Shown piece by piece: positions 30,867 through 41,708 of a DNA stretch of 64,000 nucleotides (the stretch's first letter is position 1; each line of letters starts with the position of its first letter). The translations under genes and the position numbers were made by a program. The stretch is from Candidatus Helarchaeota archaeon (GTDB lineage Archaea > Asgardarchaeota > Lokiarchaeia > Helarchaeales > RDOG01): contig JAHPZH010000002.1 of assembly GCA_019058315.1 (NCBI GenBank), forward strand, positions 256,001 through 320,000, written 5' to 3'. Under the pieces are notes generated by a model, which made no database searches, was not told where the DNA came from, and saw only the letters and a list, made by a program, of their open reading frames with translations.

Positions 30867-30929
30867 AAAATTTTATTAATAAAATAAGTATTAAAAAGAA
30901 AAATGAAAAGTTATTATTTAATTACTAAA

Positions 30930-30949
30930 GATGAAGGCTTTATGCCAGA
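30930..30949 (+). promoter_or_regulatory. Putative kink-turn-like element in rpl7ae leader
   Basis: GAT-GA-A-GGC-TTTAT-GCC-A-GA: tandem GA pairs closing a GGC/GCC hairpin just upstream of the ATG at 30964. Confidence 0.45.
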
Positions 30950-30963
30950 TAAAGGTAAGAAAT

Positions 30964-31332
30964 ATGTCAAAATTTATACGTTTTGAAACCCCCAAAGAAC
31001 TGCAAGATGAAGCTTTAAAAGCTTTAGAAATGGCAAGAGACACTGGAAAAGTTAAAAAAGGAACGAATGAAGCTACAAAAGCAATTGAAAGAGGAATTGC
31101 AAAATTAGTGGTAATTGCAAGCGATGTAGAACCTGCAGAAGTTGTTATGCATCTACCTCTTCTTTGTAACGAGAAAAAAGTCCCATATTTATATGTTCCA
31201 GGTAAGAGACAATTAGGTAGAGCAATAGGAATAGAGGTTCCTGCAGCAGCAGCAGCTATTACTCAACCAGGTGAAGCAGAAAAAATGATTGCAAGTATTA
31301 AGGATAAACTTAATACACTAGGTTTGAAGTAA
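30964..31332 (+). CDS. rpl7ae: Ribosomal protein eL8 (L7Ae)
   Basis: KKGTNEATKAIERG, HLPLLC.EK; start re-set to MSKF. Confidence 0.96.
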   Translation: MSKFIRFETPKELQDEALKALEMARDTGKVKKGTNEATKAIERGIAKLVVIASDVEPAEVVMHLPLLCNEKKVPYLYVPGKRQLGRAIGIEVPAAAAAITQPGEAEKMIASIKDKLNTLGLK

Positions 31333-31353
31333 TAAGAGGAGATTATATAAATT

Positions 31354-31572
31354 ATGAGCGAAGAAATAGATGAAGCAATTCCCGGTGAAATAATACAACT
31401 TATTGGTAGAACTGGGATGACTGGTGAAATTTTACAAGTAAAAGTAAGAGTTTTAACAGGTCGAGATAAGGGTAGAATATTAACAAGAAATGTAAAAGGA
31501 CCACTTCGAATAGGCGATGTATTAATGATGAGAGAAACTGAACGAGAAGCTAGAAAAATAAAAGCGCCATAA
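31354..31572 (+). CDS. rps28e: Ribosomal protein eS28
   Basis: [21 protein letters not shown]. Confidence 0.97.
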   Translation: MSEEIDEAIPGEIIQLIGRTGMTGEILQVKVRVLTGRDKGRILTRNVKGPLRIGDVLMMRETEREARKIKAP

Positions 31573-31592
31573 AAATATTTAGAGGATAAAAA

Positions 31593-31775
31593 ATGGTAAG
31601 AATAAGACAATGCGTTTTCTGTGGTAATGATATTGAACCTGGTACAGGAACAATGTACATAAAGTTAGATGGTAGTGTAAATTTCTATTGTACAAACAAA
31701 TGTCGTAAGAATCATTTAAAATTACGTAGAAATCCAAGAAAACTGAAATGGACAAAATTTTATAGAAAAATTTAG
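31593..31775 (+). CDS. rpl24e: Ribosomal protein eL24
   Basis: C.FCG.DIEPGTG.MY, C..KC, PRKLKWT. Confidence 0.96.
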   Translation: MVRIRQCVFCGNDIEPGTGTMYIKLDGSVNFYCTNKCRKNHLKLRRNPRKLKWTKFYRKI

Positions 31776-31790
31776 AAATAGACCGATATT

Positions 31791-32447
31791 TTATAATTTA
31801 CAAGCGTCTATAATTACATCAGTAAATATTTTTACTTTTTCTTCATCAGATGTGTAACATTCTTCTTTTAGTAATTCAATTATTTTTTTTCGAATTACAT
31901 CTTCTGTTTTTTTAGAGTTGACTAGCTCGGAACACCATTTTTGCAGTTTTTTAGAATAATTATTATCATTTAAAGACCATTTAGAAACATAATCTTTTAT
32001 TGCGCTTTCCACATTTTTATCAATCGTTAAACCGATTTCTTCGTTCCATATTTTTAATTCTCTTTTTGCAGTTTTAGCACTATCTGATGCATGTACTAAG
32101 TTAACTCCTCCATAAATTCCTAAATCCCCACGAATACTCTGAGAATCGGCTTCTTGACACTTTGTAGCTCCTATCCAATCTCTAAATTTCTGAATATTAC
32201 CTTCCACTATCATTGCTAGAACGGGACCGAGTTTGATAAATTTGAGTAACCAAGGAAAAAAATCCTTGCCTTCATGTTCTTGATAATGTCTTTTAGCATG
32301 TTTATCGGTCATTGTAACTTCTTTAAAAGCTAAAATCTTATAATCCTTATTTCTGTGTATAATATCTAAGATTTTTGCTCCAACATATTTTCTTAAATAA
32401 GCATCTGGTTTTAGAAACACTAAAAATCGTTCTTTCTCTGAATTCAT
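31791..32447 (-). CDS. ndk: Nucleoside diphosphate kinase with C-terminal extension
   Basis: LKPDA, HY.EH.GK.FF, IRGDLG, NLVHASDS. Confidence 0.92.
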   Translation of the reverse strand: MNSEKERFLVFLKPDAYLRKYVGAKILDIIHRNKDYKILAFKEVTMTDKHAKRHYQEHEGKDFFPWLLKFIKLGPVLAMIVEGNIQKFRDWIGATKCQEADSQSIRGDLGIYGGVNLVHASDSAKTAKRELKIWNEEIGLTIDKNVESAIKDYVSKWSLNDNNYSKKLQKWCSELVNSKKTEDVIRKKIIELLKEECYTSDEEKVKIFTDVIIDACKL

Positions 32448-32480
32448 ATTTAAACACTATTTAAATTAGAAGTTCTAATA

Positions 32481-33725
32481 TTACATATTCTTAATAATTT
32501 CATTACCATACTCTGAACATTTAATTGGCTTTATATTTTCCATTAATCTTGCTAAATCATATGTTACTTTTTTTTGCTTTATAGTCTTCTGGATTGCATT
32601 AGTAATAATAACACCAGCTTTATCCCAACCCATATAATCTAACATCATCACACCAGATAAAATAAGACTAGAAGGGTTAACCTTGTCTTGTCCTGTGTAT
32701 TTAGGTGCTGAACCATGTGTAGCTTCGAACAAACCAATAAAATCTCCGATATTGGCACCAGGAGCCATTCCCAAACCTCCAATTTGGGCAGCCGCCGCAT
32801 CTGAAAGGTAATCACCATTTAAATTAGGAGTTGCAATAACTTGATATTCATTTGTTCTAGTTAATATCTGCTGAAACATACTATCTGCTATTCTATCATT
32901 AATAAGTATCTTTCCTTCGGGAATATTTCCATTATATATCTCCCAGAGATCATCTTCAGTTATTATTTGATCTTTGAATTCTCTGTGAGCCAAATTATAT
33001 CCCCAATCTCTAAAAGAACCTTCAGTAAATTTCATAATATTTCCCTTATGAACAAGGGTTACTCGATTTAATTTTTTATTAATTGCATATTTTATTGCTG
33101 CTCTAACAAGCCTTTCGGTTCTTTTTATGCTAATTGGTTTAATTCCAATACCAGAATCGCTGGCGATGTCGATTTTATAGGTATTTTTTATAAAATCAAT
33201 GATTTTTTTGGCCTCCACGGTTCCTTCCTTCCATTCAATACCTGCATAAACATCCTCTGTATTCTCCCTGAAAATTACTACATTCATTTGTTCAGGGTGT
33301 TTTACAGGGCTAGGTACCCCATTGAAATACCTCACAGGTCGGATGCATGAATATAAATCAAATTTTTGTCTAAGAGTAACATTTAAGCTACGATAACCGC
33401 CTCCAACTGGAGTTGTTAGGGGTCCCTTGATTACGATTAAATAATTTTCTATAGCCTCGAATGTATCTTCTGGTAAGACAGTCCCATATATTTTTTGAGC
33501 TTTCTCCCCAGCAAAAATCTCAAACCAAATAATCTTTTTTTTCCCCTTATATGCTTTTTCAACAGCTGCGTCAATGACCTTCCTTGTAACTTTCATAATA
33601 TCGGGACCTATTCCATCTCCCTCAATAAAAGGGATAATAGGATTATCTGGAACAATTATTTTATCATCTTTGATTTCTACTTTCTGCCCAGTTTTAGGAA
33701 TTTTAATTTTTTCAAATTCTATCAT
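32481..33725 (-). CDS. icd: Isocitrate dehydrogenase
   Basis: [51 protein letters not shown]. Confidence 0.96.
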   Translation of the reverse strand: MIEFEKIKIPKTGQKVEIKDDKIIVPDNPIIPFIEGDGIGPDIMKVTRKVIDAAVEKAYKGKKKIIWFEIFAGEKAQKIYGTVLPEDTFEAIENYLIVIKGPLTTPVGGGYRSLNVTLRQKFDLYSCIRPVRYFNGVPSPVKHPEQMNVVIFRENTEDVYAGIEWKEGTVEAKKIIDFIKNTYKIDIASDSGIGIKPISIKRTERLVRAAIKYAINKKLNRVTLVHKGNIMKFTEGSFRDWGYNLAHREFKDQIITEDDLWEIYNGNIPEGKILINDRIADSMFQQILTRTNEYQVIATPNLNGDYLSDAAAAQIGGLGMAPGANIGDFIGLFEATHGSAPKYTGQDKVNPSSLILSGVMMLDYMGWDKAGVIITNAIQKTIKQKKVTYDLARLMENIKPIKCSEYGNEIIKNM

Positions 33726-33771
33726 ATGGAGTCCTCTTATAATAAAAAAAACAAAGATAAAAAATAAAAAA

Positions 33772-34476
33772 TTATTGCTTAAGTTTATCTACAATCTGTT
33801 TAATCGTCGGAGAAAGCCATAACATTTCTAAAAAATAATCAACGTGAACTAATTCACGTACCTCGAGAAATCGCAAATATTTTTTAAGATCTACTTTCGT
33901 TACTCCTAAATCTTTTGCTAATTTATCAAAAGATTTCATCTGCCCATGATAATTATTTAATTTAGAAATCATAGGTAATATTTTATCTAAGCTTCTCTTT
34001 AATAATTCATGCATTGCCTGGTCTAAATGTTCTTTAGTTTTGGTACTAGTTTCTATAATTTTACAATTTTTTAAAAACTCAAAGGTTTTTTTTAATTCAG
34101 CAGTGGATCGTGAACTTGGAAGATCTTGCTTATTCGCAAGCACAACTATTGGAACTTTTGGTACGTATTTTCTAGCTTCAGCCCAAATTTCTCCAACTTC
34201 TTTATCTTTAGAAGAATCAGCAGCATCTATAATAAAAACTATTCCGTCTGCTCCATTAGATAAAATTTCACGAATGGTAGAAAAATGTGACATACCGGGT
34301 GTTCCAAAAACGAAAAGTTTAATATCTTCGAAATCTTTTACACCAAAATCCATTGCGACCGTTGTAGCCAGACCATCCCTTCCCATTTTATCTAAGCTCA
34401 TTGCGTTTTCACCACAAAATTGTTTAACAAAAGTAGATTTACCTGCATGAAATGGTCCGAGCACAACTATCTTCAT
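33772..34476 (-). CDS. MglA-like small GTPase with C-terminal wHTH-like extension
   Basis: [26 protein letters not shown]; tail [23 protein letters not shown]. Confidence 0.8.
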   Translation of the reverse strand: MKIVVLGPFHAGKSTFVKQFCGENAMSLDKMGRDGLATTVAMDFGVKDFEDIKLFVFGTPGMSHFSTIREILSNGADGIVFIIDAADSSKDKEVGEIWAEARKYVPKVPIVVLANKQDLPSSRSTAELKKTFEFLKNCKIIETSTKTKEHLDQAMHELLKRSLDKILPMISKLNNYHGQMKSFDKLAKDLGVTKVDLKKYLRFLEVRELVHVDYFLEMLWLSPTIKQIVDKLKQ

Positions 34477-34642
34477 TTTATATTAACCTAATAATTTCTA
34501 TTGATTATTTTTCAATTTTAAATAACAAATATTATCTTATGAAGTATTTAACAATTATACTATAAGTAGTAAAAAGTTTTGTTTTCCTTAGTTTCAAAAT
34601 CATTTTTCTAGTTAATTAACTCATAAAAGGAGATGGTTTGGT

Positions 34643-35800
34643 TTATTTTTTCCAAATATAAGAAATATCCTCTAATTTATCAGATGTAACCCAAAATTTT
34701 TCTAATTTCCGTCTTGCTTCTTCACGCTTTTTTTGGTGATTTTGCAGAAATTGATTAATTCGATTTATTAAATCTTTTTTACAATCTCCGCAAATAATTC
34801 TTCCAGCTTTACAATCTTCGTAATTCTGCTTGTATTCTTTTTCATCCCACATAAATAAGCAGTAATAATATTTATGTACTGAGCAAATGTCGGGATTTCC
34901 GCCTTTTTCTCTTTGTTCTTTTACTGTTGCACGCCCACCCGTAAAAGCTCCGCTTATTTTCTTCTTTACATCTTCTGAGGAATCAGTTGTGTAAATGGCG
35001 CTTTCTTTGATCGAGGCACTCATTTTTTCAGTTTTTTTACCTAATCCTGGTAAAAATATACAGTGAATAGAAGATGGTTTTAAATATCCTAACTTTGGTG
35101 CAACGTCGCGAGTTACTCTAAAATGAGGATCTTGATCAATAGCGTGAGGAATTAAACATGGAATGTTTTTTTTCACCAAAATCGATGGTAAAACTGCAGG
35201 GACTGCTTGCATTGAAGTATAAAATATTTCTCCCAAATTATTTTGATGCTTAAAATCAAATACTGCTTTCGCAGTTGAAAAAGTAATTTTTTTAGCAAAT
35301 AAAGCAGCAACTGGATAGAGATGACTAGCAATTTCAATATTAGAAAATATATGAGTCTTTTTTTCGTCAAAGCCTAAAGCGATAACATCAAGTGCATTTT
35401 CATGTGCATAGAAGTTTGATTCTTTTAACTCAATATTTCTTTTAAAATAAAATTTTTCATCGTCCGTCATTTGGAACCATAAAGGGACATCGAATTTATC
35501 CTGTAACCATTTCGTGAAAATCCAAGGCATTAAATGTCCTAAATGAGTATCTCCAGAAGGACCTCTACCTGTATATAAAAAGAAATTTGGATCTTTTTCA
35601 TATTGGTCTAAAAGCCAATCAACATCTCTATGAGAGAAAAAAATCTGCCTTTTTAAAAGAGGATGAAGGTCTCCGGTGATTTCTTTTATTCTAAATATCA
35701 AATCTGGCGTAATTTTTTTAGTCCCAAAGTCTTCAATTAATTGATTATAATCTACTTCACCAGAAACTTCCCAAGGTGTGACTTTAAATGACAAATTCAT
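34643..35800 (-). CDS. trpS: Tryptophanyl-tRNA synthetase
   Basis: YTGRGPSG..HLGH, DQDPHFR, KMSAS. Confidence 0.96.
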   Translation of the reverse strand: MNLSFKVTPWEVSGEVDYNQLIEDFGTKKITPDLIFRIKEITGDLHPLLKRQIFFSHRDVDWLLDQYEKDPNFFLYTGRGPSGDTHLGHLMPWIFTKWLQDKFDVPLWFQMTDDEKFYFKRNIELKESNFYAHENALDVIALGFDEKKTHIFSNIEIASHLYPVAALFAKKITFSTAKAVFDFKHQNNLGEIFYTSMQAVPAVLPSILVKKNIPCLIPHAIDQDPHFRVTRDVAPKLGYLKPSSIHCIFLPGLGKKTEKMSASIKESAIYTTDSSEDVKKKISGAFTGGRATVKEQREKGGNPDICSVHKYYYCLFMWDEKEYKQNYEDCKAGRIICGDCKKDLINRINQFLQNHQKKREEARRKLEKFWVTSDKLEDISYIWKK

Positions 35801-35810
35801 CGCACTTCCT

Positions 35811-36704
35811 TTATTTGAAATGAATTTTTTGTGGGTAAAAATAATTTACAAACAATTCTTTTAATAATTCTGATAATTCTTGTGAAAAGTCTACTTTTTG
35901 AATATTCAAAACCGCGAAATAATAATTAGTATAAGGATCTTTTGAGACATTCGCTTCATAGCCAATATTTTGAAATCTTTTCTCAATTTTTCTACATTTT
36001 TCTTTAAAATATCCTTTAATTAAAAAGTCATTTCTTCGAAATCTGCCATAAGATTCTGTGAAAATATGTGCCCATATCTTTTTTGGGTTCAGTTGATAAT
36101 TTATTCGATAATTTGTTCCATAATAATTTGGAATAATATTTCCATCTAATTCTTTTTCAATAAAATTCTCAAAATCATTAAAAAAAGATTTCATACTTTG
36201 AGATATTATTTTTAAATGGTGATATATTCTCTTTAATCCATTTTTCAACTTTAATTTAATTGGATATTTTATATTTTGAAGTTTTTTCTCTTTAATATGA
36301 TAGATATGACAGTCAATGTCCTCATATTTTGATGAAATCGTGAATTTATATGGATCAATAACTAACCCAATTGCTTGTGGTAAAAATTTTTGATATCTAG
36401 TTTGAGTGTTTATATCAGTATGGGAAAAGAAATGAGCCCCCATCTTTGGGTGAGAGTGATACCATCCTAAAATAATTTGCTTACTCATCCTTTTTTCTAA
36501 TAGTTCTGTTACTTTTATTATTTCCAAATCATTCATTTTTACATGAGTAGAGGTAGCTTTTTGTTGAGTCGTGGCAGTATCAATAATCTTAATTATTCCT
36601 CTTTTTATCTTACCAATCAAATAGCCTGCGACTTCTTTATGTAGATCTTTGCTTGAATGTTCAATTATTTTATAAAATGCCATAGGGTGAATTAAAATAC
36701 GCAC
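35811..36704 (-). CDS. JAMM/MPN+ metalloprotease (Rpn11/CSN5-like) with C-terminal extension
   Basis: EVAGYLIG, GWYHSHP...S.TDINTQ, GLVIDP. Confidence 0.88.
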   Translation of the reverse strand: MRILIHPMAFYKIIEHSSKDLHKEVAGYLIGKIKRGIIKIIDTATTQQKATSTHVKMNDLEIIKVTELLEKRMSKQIILGWYHSHPKMGAHFFSHTDINTQTRYQKFLPQAIGLVIDPYKFTISSKYEDIDCHIYHIKEKKLQNIKYPIKLKLKNGLKRIYHHLKIISQSMKSFFNDFENFIEKELDGNIIPNYYGTNYRINYQLNPKKIWAHIFTESYGRFRRNDFLIKGYFKEKCRKIEKRFQNIGYEANVSKDPYTNYYFAVLNIQKVDFSQELSELLKELFVNYFYPQKIHFK

Positions 36705-36736
36705 TTAAGCTGCTCCATTAATTAGGAATTTTATAT

Positions 36737-37681
36737 TTAATCTATTGTATCTTGTTCTAAAGCTTTTATAGCAATTTCCAGACACTCTACTCCAAATTTC
36801 AACGGTACTGGATTTTTTTCATCGTATAGGAATGAATGTAGTTCTCTTTTCAAAGGCTCTTCAAAAACATAAGGTTGAGAATGTGTTTCCATTCTATAAG
36901 AGCGTTCGTTAGGTTCTAAAGTCTCTTTAACTAATTTTAGCTCTTGTGAATTATAATCTACTTCGAGAACTCCTGTCTTTCCATATATAGTCATTTTACG
37001 ATATTTTGTAGGTGTTAACCAATTAACCTCAATTAGACTGTTGGTTCCATTTTTAAATTTTAAAAGAATAAACGCAGCATCTTCATAATTTTTTAATTCC
37101 CCTTTATGAAAATACCCAAGCATACTTTCAACTTTTTCAATTTCCCCTAAAAGGATCTTATGGATATATATTTCATGGATGCCTAAATCTAGAATTACTC
37201 CATGATTCCAATGTCTATGAGGAAATCGTCCAATTCGTCTTGAACTAATCATTAATATATCATCAATTTCTTTAATTTGGTCTTTTAGGCGATCAACAAC
37301 TGGATTAAATAGTTCTATGAAACCACATGTCATCCTGATTTGATTTTCAAATTTCAATAGTTTTTTTACTGAATTTAAATCGATCCCCATCGGTTTCTCT
37401 AAAAGAAGGTCAATATTATGTTTCGCTAGGTCTTCTGCAACAATAGGTATGTATTCTGGGGGTAGGACGATACTGACTGCATCTATTTCTTCATTTTCTA
37501 ACATATCTATATGGGTTGGATACGAATTCACTCCATATTTTTCTGCAATATTACGCCTAGTTATCTCATTGGAATCACAAATTGCTTTTAAATTAGATAT
37601 TTCGTTATAAACTCGGCAATGAGCTTGTCCAAACCAGCCTACACCAATAACCGCTGTATTTTTCAAAATTTTATCTCCCAC
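36737..37681 (-). CDS. Gfo/Idh/MocA oxidoreductase
   Basis: VIGVGWFG, EKP, DLGIH, NWLTP.KYR. Confidence 0.9.
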   Translation of the reverse strand: MGDKILKNTAVIGVGWFGQAHCRVYNEISNLKAICDSNEITRRNIAEKYGVNSYPTHIDMLENEEIDAVSIVLPPEYIPIVAEDLAKHNIDLLLEKPMGIDLNSVKKLLKFENQIRMTCGFIELFNPVVDRLKDQIKEIDDILMISSRRIGRFPHRHWNHGVILDLGIHEIYIHKILLGEIEKVESMLGYFHKGELKNYEDAAFILLKFKNGTNSLIEVNWLTPTKYRKMTIYGKTGVLEVDYNSQELKLVKETLEPNERSYRMETHSQPYVFEEPLKRELHSFLYDEKNPVPLKFGVECLEIAIKALEQDTID

Positions 37682-37838
37682 AAATTTCTAATATATTGTT
37701 CTAAAAATACCTTGATATTTGTTATAACTCCTTGTATTCTAAAATAAATTATGATATTTTTGTTAACTTATGATTAAAGGAAAATTTTAAAGCAATTTAT
37801 TCCATATTTTGATTTTTACACTACGTGTTTTGAGAAAA

Positions 37839-38843
37839 ATGAAGCCATCGAAACAAGTTATTAGCGGTTCCGACTTTATTACAACACAAGAGTTGGAAAA
37901 AGAAAATCTTGAGTTGTTAATAGAAAAAGCGTTCGAACTAAAAAATGCAAAGGATCCCTCAAAATACAGCGAAATTTTAAAAAATAAAACTCTAATCATG
38001 CTTTTTTTCAACCCATCAACTCGAACACGTACCTCATTTGAAGTTGCTATGACTCAATTAGGAGGTCATGCAATTTTTATGAGTGGAAATGATATTTGGT
38101 TAGGAAAAAATTCCGAATCTGTCAAAGATACTGCTAAAGTCTTTTCTCGTTATGCAAATATAATAGCAATTCGTATGTTTCCTGATATTTCAAAAGGAAA
38201 TTATGGAACAATTAATAAAATTATGAGAGAATTCGCTGAATGGTCAGAAATACCTATTATTAATATGGAGGATGATTTATTTCATCCTTGTCAAGCACTT
38301 ACAGATATCATGACTATAAAAGAAAAACTAGGCAGCTTAAAGAATAAAAAAATTGTTATTAGCTGGGCATATCATCCAAAACCTCTCCCTGTAAGTGTAC
38401 CTAATTCCATAGTTTTGAACTCTACTCGTTTCGGTCTTGATGTAACACTATGTCATCCAAAAGGATTCGAGCTACAGCCATATATTTTAAAAACAGCAGA
38501 ACAAAACGCAAAAGATAATGGAGGATCATTTAGAATTGTAAACACAATGGAAGAAGGATACAAAGATACGGAAATTGTATATGTAAAATCTTGGGGTGCC
38601 CTACAATATTATGGTAATAATAAAGAGGAAAAAAAACTTAGACAACCATATAGGGGAAAATGGATATGCAATGAAGAAATTATGAAAAGAGCAGATAAAA
38701 ATTCTATTTTTATGCATTGCCTTCCTGTTTTAAGAAATGTGGTGGTTGAGGATGCCGTAATTGATGGTCCTCATTCTGTGGTTTATGATCAAGCAGAAAA
38801 TCGATTACATCTACAGAAAGCACTATTAAGCGAAATTGGATAA
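37839..38843 (+). CDS. N-acyl-ornithine carbamoyltransferase (AOTCase/SOTCase-type ArgF')
   Basis: STRTR, HPCQAL, WAYHPKPLP, HCLPVLRNV; start re-set to ATG at 37839. Confidence 0.78.
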   Translation: MKPSKQVISGSDFITTQELEKENLELLIEKAFELKNAKDPSKYSEILKNKTLIMLFFNPSTRTRTSFEVAMTQLGGHAIFMSGNDIWLGKNSESVKDTAKVFSRYANIIAIRMFPDISKGNYGTINKIMREFAEWSEIPIINMEDDLFHPCQALTDIMTIKEKLGSLKNKKIVISWAYHPKPLPVSVPNSIVLNSTRFGLDVTLCHPKGFELQPYILKTAEQNAKDNGGSFRIVNTMEEGYKDTEIVYVKSWGALQYYGNNKEEKKLRQPYRGKWICNEEIMKRADKNSIFMHCLPVLRNVVVEDAVIDGPHSVVYDQAENRLHLQKALLSEIG

Positions 38844-38849
38844 TTAAAT

Positions 38850-39950
38850 TTATTTCTTAACCTCTAGGAGCAGTTCGATTATTTTCTTATAAACTTTTAT
38901 TGAATTTAGAAATTCTTGAATTTCTATATATTCATTATCAGTATGTTCAGCTTGAGGATCTCCGGGACCGTAGCTAATAATCGGAATTTGCATCTTTTGT
39001 CCAATAATATTCATAAAGCAAGTACCAGTTTTTCGAAGAACTTTAGATTTTTTATTTAAAACCTCAGTAATGGCATTAATTGTAGCTTGAACAATTTTAG
39101 ATTTCTTATCGGTTCTGTATCCCTCAATTCGATTTAGTATTTCATATGAAATTTCGATTTCTTTTTTTTTCGTGAATTCTTCTAATTTTAGATCTATTTC
39201 CTTAATCAATAATTCAGAGGAAACTCCGGGTGGAAATCTAATATCAATATTTATTGAGCAACTTTCAGGTACAACATTTACAGCAGTTCCACCTTGAATT
39301 ATGGTTAAATTAGGTATTACTGAGAAAAATGGAGATTTTCCCTTATATTTTTGTTCAAAATAGTTTTTCAATTTAGTCCATAATATAGATGCTTCCTCTA
39401 TTGCATTAATATAAAGCCAAGAACTAGCTACATGTCCCTGACCTTTTTTAGATTTTATTGTAAACTTTAATCCCAACCGACCTTTATAGGCAGCACCAAT
39501 TCTATCATCTCCCCCAGGTTCTCCAAAAATTGCATAATCCACATTAAATTGATTTTTAATTAGCTGTTCTACTCCTTTCAAGCTAATTTCTTCTTCTACA
39601 AGACCAGCAAATATGATCTTCCCTTTAATGTTTTTCTTTACAAAATTTGAAATCGCTAATATCATGGCAGCAATAGAACCTTTTGCATCAACGCTACCTC
39701 TACCATAAAGTTTTTCACCTTCTATTTTAACTGGAATTTCGCCGGGAACGGTATCCATATGTGAAGAAAATAAAATTACAGGCTTATCAGAACCTATTTC
39801 GCCTATTACATTTCCCACTGGATCATTCCAAACTTTAAAACCTAATTTTTTCATTTCTTTTTTCAAAAAATCTGCAATTTTTTCTTCTTTTCCAGATGGA
39901 CTGTAAATTTCCACTAGCTTTTTTAAAAAGGCAGTCTGTTCATTATTCAA
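38850..39950 (-). CDS. M20 deacylase, LysK/ArgE-like
   Basis: SHMDTVPG, YGRGSVDAKG, EEE, GEP, YGPGD...EHT. Confidence 0.85.
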   Translation of the reverse strand: MNNEQTAFLKKLVEIYSPSGKEEKIADFLKKEMKKLGFKVWNDPVGNVIGEIGSDKPVILFSSHMDTVPGEIPVKIEGEKLYGRGSVDAKGSIAAMILAISNFVKKNIKGKIIFAGLVEEEISLKGVEQLIKNQFNVDYAIFGEPGGDDRIGAAYKGRLGLKFTIKSKKGQGHVASSWLYINAIEEASILWTKLKNYFEQKYKGKSPFFSVIPNLTIIQGGTAVNVVPESCSINIDIRFPPGVSSELLIKEIDLKLEEFTKKKEIEISYEILNRIEGYRTDKKSKIVQATINAITEVLNKKSKVLRKTGTCFMNIIGQKMQIPIISYGPGDPQAEHTDNEYIEIQEFLNSIKVYKKIIELLLEVKK

Positions 39951-40385
39951 AGTAATACCACCCTAAAAGATAAGTAATGTAATTCAACAAAAAAAATAAT
40001 TATAAATTTTGTTTATTTTATTGCTTAAACCAAGAAAATTGTTATGTATCTAATAAATTTTCAATTTATTATAATTCAAATTCTTAAACCGTAATATAAA
40101 ATCCAAATATGAAATTACACAAATGAAATAATTTATCATGAGATTTACAATTTTTAGAGTATTTTATTATAAGAAATAAGATATTTACATTTTTTTTTGA
40201 GAAATCTATAATAATATTTGAAAAAAATTTCGAATTTCTATTCGTCTTAAAGAATTAGTTTATCTAAAAAATCTCTATTTTATTCTCTATCTAATTAAAT
40301 TTTTAATATAATACTTGTTAACTTCATTTTAACATATTCATCTCTAAAAAATCTTCTCATCTATACGATCTTTGTAGATGATAAT

Positions 40386-40401
40386 GAAAAATTTTTAAAT
40401 A
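40386..40401 (+). promoter_or_regulatory. Putative BRE/TATA promoter of the actin gene
   Basis: GAAAAA-TTTTTAAATA about 155 nt upstream of the ATG; AT-rich context limits certainty. Confidence 0.4.
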
Positions 40402-40555
40402 GTAGGGGAAATTTAACTACTATAAGTGAATATTGCATAACAAATTCCAAATTTATAATAATTTGGGTTAAAACTTGGATTATAGAAGAAAACCGAAAGG
40501 TTCTATAATCTAAAATATTTGCTACAAAAATTTGAAAAAAAATTGGTGAAATTAT

Positions 40556-41692
40556 ATGGAAGAAGAAATATTAGGTAAACCGGTAGTAGTTGACAACGGA
40601 ACAGGTATTACCAAAAATGGTTATGCCGGTGAAGACCAACCAAGATCTGTTTTCCCAACGCTTATTGGATATCCCAAATATACATCAATTATGACCGATG
40701 TAGAGCATTACACACGTGAATACTATATTGGGGAAGAAGCATTACAACTCCGTGGTGTTTTAAGACTAAATTATCCTATTGGCCATGGTATAGTAGAAGA
40801 TTGGGGTGCTATGGAAAAAATTTGGCATTATACTTTCTACACTGATTTGAGAATTGACCCTGCAGAGCATCCAGTTCTTTTAACAGAGCCTCCCTTGAAT
40901 CCTAGACCCAATAGAGAAAAAATGTGTGAAATCATGTTTGAGACTTTTAACACTCCTGCCATCTATGTAGCAATGCAAGCAGTTTTATCATTATATGCCT
41001 CCGGTCGTACTACAGGACTTGTATGCGATTCCGGTACTGGTGTAACGCACGTTGTCCCTATTTATGAAGGATTTGCTCTTACACATGCTATCTCAAGATT
41101 GGACCTTGCAGGACGTGATATCACCGAATATTTAATGAGACTCTTGCGCCAAAGAGGTTATTCTTTAACAACTTCTGCTGAGAAAGAAATTGTTAGAGAT
41201 ATTAAAGAAAAACTTTGTTACGTAGCATTAGATCCTGAAAAAGAGCTAAAATTAGCAGAAAAAGTTTCTGGAATGGAAAAATCTTACATGCTTCCTGATG
41301 GTGAAACTCTAACTGTGGGAGTAGAAAGATTCCTTGCACCTGAAGTAGTCTTCAATCCTAGCGCAGTAGGAAAAGAAAGTCCTCCTATGGATGAAGTTAT
41401 CGTCGAAGCAGTTTCTAAATGCGATATCGATTTACGCCGAGACCTATATTCCAATATCGTCCTATCTGGCGGTTCAACTATGTTTCCAGGTCTTAAAGAA
41501 CGCTTAACAAGAGAAATAAGCGAAATGATCCCTGAAAACGTAGAGGTTAAAATTATCGCACCTCCTGAGCGAATGTATTCGGTCTGGATTGGTGGATCGA
41601 TTCTATCCTCGTTAAGAACCTTCCAGAAGATGTGGGTAACTCGTAAAGAATATAAAGAAATTGGTCCATCTGTAATACACAGATGTTTTTAA
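40556..41692 (+). CDS. Actin (Lokiactin-type)
   Basis: [73 protein letters not shown] end. Confidence 0.97.
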   Translation: MEEEILGKPVVVDNGTGITKNGYAGEDQPRSVFPTLIGYPKYTSIMTDVEHYTREYYIGEEALQLRGVLRLNYPIGHGIVEDWGAMEKIWHYTFYTDLRIDPAEHPVLLTEPPLNPRPNREKMCEIMFETFNTPAIYVAMQAVLSLYASGRTTGLVCDSGTGVTHVVPIYEGFALTHAISRLDLAGRDITEYLMRLLRQRGYSLTTSAEKEIVRDIKEKLCYVALDPEKELKLAEKVSGMEKSYMLPDGETLTVGVERFLAPEVVFNPSAVGKESPPMDEVIVEAVSKCDIDLRRDLYSNIVLSGGSTMFPGLKERLTREISEMIPENVEVKIIAPPERMYSVWIGGSILSSLRTFQKMWVTRKEYKEIGPSVIHRCF

Positions 41693-41708
41693 TTCAAAAT
41701 TTAAAAAA

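Noticed and set aside
39951-40385. Hidden gene or ncRNA in the long intergenic region
   Set aside because: Extremely AT-rich, no ORF of 60 aa or more, no GC-rich stems
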